Origin: an uncultured archaeon
GTDB taxonomy: Archaea; Asgardarchaeota; Heimdallarchaeia; Heimdallarchaeales; Heimdallarchaeaceae
DNA length: 64,000 nt
Direction: 5' to 3'
Assembly (NCBI GenBank): GCA_964534625.1
Contig: CAZHRF010000003.1
Coordinates: 65,486 to 129,485, forward strand
Below the pieces are notes generated by a model. The model saw nothing but the letters and a program-made list of their open reading frames with translations, did not search any database and was not told the DNA's origin. Both the position numbers and the translations under genes were made by a program. Positions 51,592 to 58,990 of the stretch are shown in pieces. Numbering within the stretch: the first letter of the stretch is position 1; each line of letters starts with the position of its first letter.

Positions 51592-53137
51592 AGTACATCC
51601 CCTCTTTAATCAGATATTTAATTGCCCTTCTTTGTGGTTGACTTAGATCATTCAAATACGTATAATCTATTCGATTAACATCTACTTTCTCTTCTTTTTC
51701 TTCATCCAACTCAAAATCGTAAGCATCTCTCCTTTTTGACACATGTACAGCTCTTGTAATCACAGGTAGATTATAAGGAGACAAAGGTTCTTTCCCTTTC
51801 TTATGTACTGCAAATAGACTAGCAATATGTAAACCAGTTATTTTTCTAAAAAGAACAATATCAGCGAATGCAGGTAATATTGTACGAAAATCATCACGAT
51901 AGAGACTAGAGTGATTGTGGAGGATAACTAGTTGATCTAATCCCACACCATGTTCATCTATTTCAAACACATGAACTTTTTTCTCGTCAACCCTTACATA
52001 ACCTTTAAAACTTATTTTGGGTTTATAATCATGTAATTGCCCAAAAGTTGAGAATTTACGTCGATATGTGGTTTTTGCATAATCTTCTAGCTCTCTCCAT
52101 TTATATGCATATACGGACCAAACATCTGTCCAATTAGTTCTTGAAGTATGCCATTCTTCAATTACAGACTCGGAATGTTTATTATTTTCTGTTGCTAGTA
52201 TATTTTTTATAACATCATAGGAGAATTCTTCAAGAAGTTCTAAATCGGTCTTATAATTGAATAATTTCTTGAATAATATTTTTTCAGTTTCTACTTGTTT
52301 TAATAAACGTTGTATAAGAGCATAACTTAAAATGCCAACAGGAGGCGCCATAAGCGGTTTAAGCCCTTTTGGATATTTTTTAAATTCATAATCATCAAGT
52401 ATGGTTGTCAAAAATTTGTTTTTGATGTAATGAGCAAAACCCTCTTCTATCAGAATATGATTGTGTTTCTTTCGCGCGATTTTTGCTCTTTCTTTGAGAA
52501 GATTTATTGCTTCAATAGAAAAGTTATTGAACAGAGTAATATCTCGAGCTTCATCTGGGGGAATATAAAAATCATCTATGCCACTTTCTGTGAATAAACG
52601 TATTATACCTATTAAATCTTGAAAATATTGCCATGCCCATAAATATCCTCTATTACTTATTTTGTTCATTTTGTAAACATTATTGGACATCAATTCTTTT
52701 AATATAACATCAATTTGATACAATCTCGACATTATTTTAACTGAATTTGATTCAGTTTTTTCATTCATATACGCATGAGCAAGTGCATGAACCAACTCTG
52801 TTCTTAATATAAACTCTTTTTCTTTATTTAGCTCTCGGTAAGGTACTGTAAGATATATAATAGTAGGTAATGAGTTAAAAATTGTTTTTTTATCTGTAGG
52901 AAGAAAATCTTGCAATCTTGCTGATCTAAGATGATTTACTTCTTCTGCAGTTAAAATTGCTTGAGGCGTTCCTGCGCTATCTATTATCCGATTGACAGAA
53001 ACTTGTATATCAGGGTTATTAAAAATCAAGATACGATATTCTTCAGGGCACTCACCAAGAATAGTGTATATGTCTTTTCGCGCTTGTTGATGTACGGTTT
53101 CTATTTGTCCTAGTTCTATGCTCATCAATCTATTCAT
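51584..53137 (-). CDS. Unknown 517-aa protein of the AAA+/vWA cassette
   Basis: Intact ORF translationally coupled on both sides by 8-nt overlaps. No family recognised. His-rich patches (HALAHAY, ILHNHSS) do not fit zincin or JAMM spacing. Confidence 0.6.
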   Translation of the reverse strand: MNRLMSIELGQIETVHQQARKDIYTILGECPEEYRILIFNNPDIQVSVNRIIDSAGTPQAILTAEEVNHLRSARLQDFLPTDKKTIFNSLPTIIYLTVPYRELNKEKEFILRTELVHALAHAYMNEKTESNSVKIMSRLYQIDVILKELMSNNVYKMNKISNRGYLWAWQYFQDLIGIIRLFTESGIDDFYIPPDEARDITLFNNFSIEAINLLKERAKIARKKHNHILIEEGFAHYIKNKFLTTILDDYEFKKYPKGLKPLMAPPVGILSYALIQRLLKQVETEKILFKKLFNYKTDLELLEEFSYDVIKNILATENNKHSESVIEEWHTSRTNWTDVWSVYAYKWRELEDYAKTTYRRKFSTFGQLHDYKPKISFKGYVRVDEKKVHVFEIDEHGVGLDQLVILHNHSSLYRDDFRTILPAFADIVLFRKITGLHIASLFAVHKKGKEPLSPYNLPVITRAVHVSKRRDAYDFELDEEKEEKVDVNRIDYTYLNDLSQPQRRAIKYLIKEGMYFV

Positions 53138-54572
53138 CTCCCGTTATACTTTGTTTCAAGATTTGTACTCCCAAGGATTTTATCTCTGCTGGATCCACTA
53201 ATATAGGATCTGTTATTCCTTTTAACATTTGCTTAGTCTGGATGTAAATCTCTTTTTTCTTTAGTGACTTTGGCCCCATCAAGAAATATCCAATATTCCA
53301 GTTTCTGGTTTTGTCATTTATCAAAGAACTAAATAAAGCATTTAACTGTATCATACATTCAATAGTCTCTGGTTTTGTTTTAGTATCAATCCTAGAAAAA
53401 TATTTTTTTAAGGTTCTATTTGTCTTGTATTCAAATGGAAATATAGGTACATTTGGCATACCATCAGTAAGTATTGTTAATTGTACATCTATATTTTTGT
53501 ATTTATATTGTTCTTTTGCGTGTGCAATTGCTTCTTTAACAGCTTGAATCATATATGTTTTTCCTTTAGCGTCTGCACTAAGGAGAAAATCTTCCATTTT
53601 CTGATGATTGTCTATAACTTTAGGGGTTTGTCTTATTGGCACAACAGCCAGTTTAAACATGTCATGTTTTTTACGTTTTCTTCTGTTTTGGAGTTTAAAA
53701 TAATAGTAGAGAGCTAAAGAGGTGAGTAATGCTCCATCCAACCGGCTCATTCCACCTTCAAAAACCGTTTTTCGCATGCTTTGACTTAAATCCACAATAA
53801 AGTAGACTAATGCAGTTCTATCTTTTTTTACTCTAATAATATCTTCTTGTTTAACACTGGTAGGTGGTATCTTCTGTGAAGCGAGTACTGCACTTTTATA
53901 AGTCTCCCGCATTTTGATTAAACCACGTGGTCTTTTTTGTTTTTCATCAATTGGGGATATAGAGATTTGTTTTACTAGATGATGACCAAGAATGTTACCT
54001 AAAACATCCATTACGCTCTCTCTTGAAAGTCTCTTCTTTCGACCATATGCATCTGTTATTTCTAAATCTGCTATATCTGTTAAATCTTGTAATTTTTCAG
54101 CTAACCCATGAAGGTCAAAGTTGCCCTCATATTTGACTGATTTCAATAGTTCTTGAATATATTTCAATATATCCTCAATCGTTTGCAGTTCGTTTCTATT
54201 AACTTTTTCAAGAACTTCCGGTAAAACGCGTTCCCCAACAAACCGCAACAACCTTAGTTCATTAACTAATCTCTTTTCTTCTTCAGCAGATAAAGGAGTT
54301 GTGACTATTTTTTCTATTATATTATCTATTGCTACAGCATTTTTTGATGCCATAGAAAGTACAGCCCCTTCTCTTGAACTACGACCGAGATGAGGATTTC
54401 TCCATAATCTCAAAAGTTGTGCTGCATTTTCAAAGTCCAATATGAATTCAGCTTCCCCATAATTTTGTAGAGGGTCTCTGAAATCTGATTCTGTCATATA
54501 GTGAAGTCTTTTATCCATTTTAATCATCACTCTCCCAAGAGAGTTTATTTGAAGATTGTTAGATATATTCAA
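53130..54572 (-). CDS. von Willebrand factor A (vWA) domain protein with an intact MIDAS
   Basis: The C-terminal half has VYFIVDLSQSM (DxSxS), GKTYM (Thr) and TILTDGMPN (Asp), the full MIDAS set. The ~250-aa helical N-terminal region is of unknown type. Confidence 0.75.
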   Translation of the reverse strand: MNISNNLQINSLGRVMIKMDKRLHYMTESDFRDPLQNYGEAEFILDFENAAQLLRLWRNPHLGRSSREGAVLSMASKNAVAIDNIIEKIVTTPLSAEEEKRLVNELRLLRFVGERVLPEVLEKVNRNELQTIEDILKYIQELLKSVKYEGNFDLHGLAEKLQDLTDIADLEITDAYGRKKRLSRESVMDVLGNILGHHLVKQISISPIDEKQKRPRGLIKMRETYKSAVLASQKIPPTSVKQEDIIRVKKDRTALVYFIVDLSQSMRKTVFEGGMSRLDGALLTSLALYYYFKLQNRRKRKKHDMFKLAVVPIRQTPKVIDNHQKMEDFLLSADAKGKTYMIQAVKEAIAHAKEQYKYKNIDVQLTILTDGMPNVPIFPFEYKTNRTLKKYFSRIDTKTKPETIECMIQLNALFSSLINDKTRNWNIGYFLMGPKSLKKKEIYIQTKQMLKGITDPILVDPAEIKSLGVQILKQSITGDE

Positions 54573-56106
54573 CCCTTAAGATATTCTCGTACGAGTCCTT
54601 TAGTTTTGCAATAATCGCATCCACCACACCTTCTTCTGCTTTTTCAAGGTTCTCATATTGTTTTATTAACTCCGCTAATTCTTCATCACTTAAAGCTTTC
54701 ATTTTTGAGATATCTTCAGATATATCTTTTACATTCACTGCCACATCTGAATCTTTTATATTTGCACGTAATCTTATTTTGATTTCTTGAATAGCATCAT
54801 TTACCATAGAAGAAGGTATATCATAAGCATCCATTGTTTTTCTCACACGTTCAAGTGTTACTACATTAATGTCATCCTCACTATCAAGTTTTTGTAAAAT
54901 GATAGTTTCTCCAAGAATGTTATTTAAGGTTCTTAGATCTAGATGAGGATTTCTCTGCGGGTCGTGTATTTCGTCCAATCCCGAATAAAAATCACTTCTA
55001 GCCACACGGCTTTCGGATCTTAAAGTTTTTGTCTTCAAAGTCTCAGGTAATGAGATGTTACTCAGGAATGCCAAAAATTCAGCAGCTAATCTACTAACAT
55101 AATCTGTTGTTTCCCGCTCTAACTGATGGAGTTGAATAATTGAAGGATTGGCAGTTATTTTTCGTTGTGATAAAATGATTTGCTCGTTAAACATATCTTT
55201 AACAATTTGTACGCGACTATCCAAAGCACGGGCAGGCCACAATACTTCGGGGATACGATTAATGATGGGCTGACTTTCTTCTCCAAATACAGTTAATGGT
55301 GCGTTTGAAGTAAATATAACAGCACCATCGACATAAACAGGTTCACCTTGTATATTATATTTGATACCCATGGGATCTTCAAGAAAACCCATCAAGGCCT
55401 CTAATACGGATAACGGAAGACGTTGTATTTCGTTTACAACAAGAAAACCTCGCGATAAAACACCCACTTTATGAGATGTTGCAGCATAAGTTGTCTTTGT
55501 TTCTTTCCCGAATAATTCTTCTAAGTTTTCTACACCAGCTAAAAGCATGTAAAGGCTTTCAGGGTCCGTCCTAGGATCTAATTGGGCGCGTCTTACAATT
55601 GTTTTTTCTACTTCAAGATCATTCAAACGTGAAATTAAATCGTTTGGGGATATTTTTAGTACACTATTTGTATTATCCAATTGAACAACTCCGTTAGTAG
55701 AGAGTGTTTTTTCAATATTGCTTCTACAGAAAGGACAAAGTGATTGTAAAACTTTAATGGCACCAAAAGTGTTAGTTTGAATCTTTGAAAGAACATCAAT
55801 TATATAACCAGAATCTTCTAAAAATGGACAACCTGCGATATGATACTTATGATTGTTAGTTTCCGTAACAATATGATCTAACAATACTCGGGCAAAAAGC
55901 GTTTTTGCTTCTCCTGTTGGACCTGTGATGAGTACTTTTCCACCCACAGCCAGTTTATCCATAACTAAATTTTTTGCTTTTTCATTACCTCTAACAGAAA
56001 CATCATTCAATACGCGTTTTCTGAAATCAGCATTCATCAAAATAGAACGTACAGAATATCCTTTATAACCTTCATTTATTAAATCTTTAATTGTGGGCAT
56101 ATTCAT
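54559..56106 (-). CDS. AAA+ ATPase, MoxR/ChlI (helix-2-insert) clade, with atypical motifs
   Basis: Walker A-like GPTGEAKT (compare RavA GPPGIAKS). The Walker B region FLVVNEIQRLPLSVLEALMGFLED parallels MoxR LLADEINRAPxKxQSALLEAMQE but has N in place of D. A ~150-aa insert with H-x3-C...C-x2-C sits between the two motifs, reminiscent of the GCPF...CxxC inserts of ChlI homologues. Confidence 0.7.
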   Translation of the reverse strand: MNMPTIKDLINEGYKGYSVRSILMNADFRKRVLNDVSVRGNEKAKNLVMDKLAVGGKVLITGPTGEAKTLFARVLLDHIVTETNNHKYHIAGCPFLEDSGYIIDVLSKIQTNTFGAIKVLQSLCPFCRSNIEKTLSTNGVVQLDNTNSVLKISPNDLISRLNDLEVEKTIVRRAQLDPRTDPESLYMLLAGVENLEELFGKETKTTYAATSHKVGVLSRGFLVVNEIQRLPLSVLEALMGFLEDPMGIKYNIQGEPVYVDGAVIFTSNAPLTVFGEESQPIINRIPEVLWPARALDSRVQIVKDMFNEQIILSQRKITANPSIIQLHQLERETTDYVSRLAAEFLAFLSNISLPETLKTKTLRSESRVARSDFYSGLDEIHDPQRNPHLDLRTLNNILGETIILQKLDSEDDINVVTLERVRKTMDAYDIPSSMVNDAIQEIKIRLRANIKDSDVAVNVKDISEDISKMKALSDEELAELIKQYENLEKAEEGVVDAIIAKLKDSYENILRVEYI

Positions 56107-56151
56107 GACCTCGTTGTTTTTATATTTTTATATTTAAGTTATTCAACCTAT

Positions 56152-56757
56152 TTAATTATTATCTTCATCATCAATAATTAAATCTACTTTTCTTGGACCA
56201 AGTGATTCAATTAATTCTTCTTTAATTTCCCAAGATTTAAGGTAACCCATTCGTATGACTTTTTTTAACCAATTCAATACGGTTAGTAAATTGTTAGAAT
56301 CCTGAGTTTCTCCTGTTTCAAACAGTTCCCAGAGATGATCACTAAGGCGTATCAATGACAGATTTTCTATAAGTTCAGCTCGGGATAAAGATCCTTGTAT
56401 ATGTGAGTTATATGCACAGATAGCAATTGGTAACGATTTAGTGCTTTCATTCCAACATATTTTTTCCCAAAAGAAGTTCCGTTCATGTTTAATCATTTCT
56501 TCTTTAGTAGCATCAATAAAGTAAAGAATACCTTCAAAAGGTAAGAAATGATTAGAATGAAATGAGAAAGTTTCTGGGGCTGGTAATTCAACTAAAGAAT
56601 CATCAAGAATATATGTGTCAAGATCAGCGTGTGCTTTTAGTACTAGAGTTCGGTTACGGGTAGCAGAATTATCATCACCAAGAATAAGTATAGAAACTTC
56701 AGGATAACCTAATTTACGCTTAATGGTTTTGATGAAAGATTGAACTGCGTTAGTCAT
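56152..56757 (-). CDS. Arf/Arl-like small-GTPase-fold protein lacking all nucleotide-binding motifs (predicted pseudo-GTPase)
   Basis: Collinear with human ARF1, aligned by hand from memory.
- ILILGDDNSATRNRTLV aligns with ILMVGLDAAGKTTILY.
- GILYFIDATKEE aligns with GLIFVVDSNDRE.
- PIAICAYNSHIQGSLSRAELIENLSL aligns with [25 protein letters not shown].
- WELFETGETQDSNNLLTVLNWL aligns with [21 protein letters not shown].
G1, G3, G4 and G5 are all substituted. Confidence 0.6.
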   Translation of the reverse strand: MTNAVQSFIKTIKRKLGYPEVSILILGDDNSATRNRTLVLKAHADLDTYILDDSLVELPAPETFSFHSNHFLPFEGILYFIDATKEEMIKHERNFFWEKICWNESTKSLPIAICAYNSHIQGSLSRAELIENLSLIRLSDHLWELFETGETQDSNNLLTVLNWLKKVIRMGYLKSWEIKEELIESLGPRKVDLIIDDEDNN

Positions 56758-56907
56758 TGGGTTTCGTCAAAAATGAAGAATAATTGACCTTTAATAATGT
56801 TATGTATTGTTAGAATTCAAAAAGAAAAGGGAGAGAGCTATAGCGAAAAAGGTTAAATTAAAATAATATAGAAAAAAAGAGAAAAAAACAAAAGGAGAAA
56901 GAGGAAA

Positions 56908-57387
56908 TTGACAAACAAAATACTAAATGTCGTGGTAGCTGGAATACAAAAAAATGATGAGTGGTTATTAATTAAAAGGAAAAGAGGTGACTATCAAAAA
57001 AAATGGGCACTAGTAGGAGGAAAGATGGAGTTCAATGAAGAAATTGAAGAAGCAATTAAAAGAGAAATAGAGGAAGAAACGGGATTAGAAGTAAAGTTTA
57101 GTGGAGTTGTCGGTTTCATAAATGAAAGGCTATTAGAAGATGATGAAATAAAAAAACAATTTTTAATCATATTATGCAAAACAGAAATGACGGGAGGAAT
57201 TAAGAAACAAACGGAAGAAGGAGAAGTAGCGTGGTTCAAAATTGATGAAATTAAGAAAATGAAAGAACTAATCATACCATCTGATTACTTCATGATAGAA
57301 ATGTTATTGAAAAAAAATCGAGACAGATTTGTAGAAGTTGAAATGAAGAGAGAGAGAGGAGAATTGAAAATAAAAAAAAAAGCGTAA
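56908..57387 (+). CDS. Nudix hydrolase
   Basis: Nudix box GGKMEFNEEIEEAIKREIEEETGL (Gx5Ex7REUxEExGU). TTG start preceded by AGGAG. Confidence 0.8.
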   Translation: MTNKILNVVVAGIQKNDEWLLIKRKRGDYQKKWALVGGKMEFNEEIEEAIKREIEEETGLEVKFSGVVGFINERLLEDDEIKKQFLIILCKTEMTGGIKKQTEEGEVAWFKIDEIKKMKELIIPSDYFMIEMLLKKNRDRFVEVEMKRERGELKIKKKA

Positions 57388-57600
57388 TTAGAGAATTTTA
57401 AAATTTTAACAGGAATAATAATTGGAGCTATTTTATAAAGCAGGCATAAGGAATACCCCTAATACAAATAAATTTAGAGTAACTGCACATGGATAAAAAA
57501 AAAGCATTAAAAGTAAGTTTACCGAAACAAAAAATATTTAAGGTGAACGTGGAAAGGAAAAACAGTCTGTGTAAAACAGATAAAAGTGGAACAAATAACC

Positions 57601-57710
57601 GGGGTGGTGATCTAGCTCGGCTATGATATCTCCTTGACGAAAATCATAGGTGCGACCTATAGTTTTCAGAATGGAGAAGGTCGCAAGTTCAAATCTTGCT
57701 CACCCCACCA
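57601..57710 (+). tRNA. tRNA-Val (anticodon GAC) with a 32-nt intron at 37/38, 3' CCA encoded
   Basis: Hand fold. Acceptor GGGGUGG/UCACCCC, anticodon stem UCUCC/GGAGA, loop UUGACG then an intron (about 57640-57671, containing the hairpin AUAGGU-GCG-ACCUAU), T arm GCAAG-UUCAAAU-CUUGC, discriminator A, then CCA. Confidence 0.85.
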
Positions 57711-57730
57711 TTAACTATTTTATAAGTTTA

Positions 57731-58183
57731 TTAAGTTGAAAGTATTTTTCTTACTTCTTCTGATAATCCTGCAACATTTTTTATATCAATCGCCATAAGT
57801 TTCAATAAGTCTTCGGGTGCTCTCCTTAACTCATAAATTGTTTCTATCCATTCTTCTAACATCTCATTATCTATATGGGAATCTTTTATAACTGTCCTTA
57901 CAGCCACTATCTTTTGTTTTTTTGGTACATTAGGCTCTTCTAACAATACTGCTGTTGCCCACATATTTAAAATTGAACGTATTTCTTTATTCAAATTAGT
58001 TTTGCAATCAAATGCTTTTGAAAATAGTTTTTTTTTCTCTTCAACCAAAGCTCTTGTTAGTGTTATTCGCTTTCCTAGTTTTATTGCATTTTCTTTTGTT
58101 ATATTTTGTTTAAATTCAATCAAAGGGGTGAAGTTCATACCAATCAACACACATATCAGTATATTTATCTTACGCCAATTCAC
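57731..58183 (-). CDS. Hypothetical protein with an N-terminal TM (150 aa)
   Basis: Intact ORF divergent from the GTPase gene. No motif recognised. Confidence 0.4.
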   Translation of the reverse strand: MNWRKINILICVLIGMNFTPLIEFKQNITKENAIKLGKRITLTRALVEEKKKLFSKAFDCKTNLNKEIRSILNMWATAVLLEEPNVPKKQKIVAVRTVIKDSHIDNEMLEEWIETIYELRRAPEDLLKLMAIDIKNVAGLSEEVRKILST

Positions 58184-58280
58184 ATTAAATTGCTCTAATA
58201 CACCAAATTCTATTTGTGAAATTAATTATTCATTTATCACAAACCTAAGATTTTTTATCATTAAATTACATCTTGTAATT

Positions 58281-58808
58281 ATGTCAAAAAAACCTCAGTA
58301 TCTCAAGAAGATAGTTATGCTTGGGGATGGTGGTGTTGGTAAAACCTCTTTAGTGAAGCGTTTTAAGACCGGTCAATTCAATCCAGCTTATCTTATTACT
58401 TTAGGGGCTTCCATTACAAAAAAAGAAATTGATTTTGATCATTGTTTGGTAACACTAGCAATTTGGGATATTGGAGGTCAAGAGATGTTCCAAAAAGTTC
58501 ATTCCAAATATTTTATTGGATCTGAAGGCGCTTTAGCTGTTTGTGATGTTACTGATTTTACTTCTTTTCAGAATTTATCCAATTGGATAAAATCATTTCG
58601 TAAAGTAGTCGGAGATAAACCAGTTATATTTTTAGCAAACAAAATTGACTTAAAGGATCAGAAAGTTACAGAACACGATATTTCTGCTTTAAGTGCAAAG
58701 TTCTCTAATTCCCAGTTTATATTAACATCAGCTAGAAATGGTACAAATACAAATGAGGCATTTTCTAATATTGCAAGATTAATACTTGATAGCTCAAATA
58801 CAAAATGA
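58281..58808 (+). CDS. Ras-superfamily small GTPase, Rab/Ras-like
   Basis: All G motifs are intact: G1 GDGGVGKTS, switch I TLGASI, G3 WDIGGQE, G4 NKIDL, G5 TSARNG. No C-terminal prenylation Cys. Start set at the ATG at 58281 (MSKKPQYLKKIVMLG); the track ORF from 58002 is a spurious 5' extension. Confidence 0.85.
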   Translation: MSKKPQYLKKIVMLGDGGVGKTSLVKRFKTGQFNPAYLITLGASITKKEIDFDHCLVTLAIWDIGGQEMFQKVHSKYFIGSEGALAVCDVTDFTSFQNLSNWIKSFRKVVGDKPVIFLANKIDLKDQKVTEHDISALSAKFSNSQFILTSARNGTNTNEAFSNIARLILDSSNTK

Positions 58809-58990
58809 AAATCTTATAGTCTAGTACTTCTGAATTAAAATATTCAAGATTTCTCTCCATTTAAAACGAATTTTAACCCCCCTATCACAGAAATCACAAA
58901 AGTAGAACACTGCTTTGGAAGTACTATAATCATTTTTATCTTATCTTTAAATACAATATCTTTAATATATTCCCTCTTGTGTTATTTTTT

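Noticed and set aside
51584-53137. Metalloprotease or JAMM deubiquitinase-like motifs in the 517-aa cassette protein (HALAH, ILHNHSS)
   Set aside because: HALAH lacks the Glu of HExxH. The HNH patch lacks the downstream S-x-x-D and the upstream Glu spacing of JAMM. No enzymatic call is justified.
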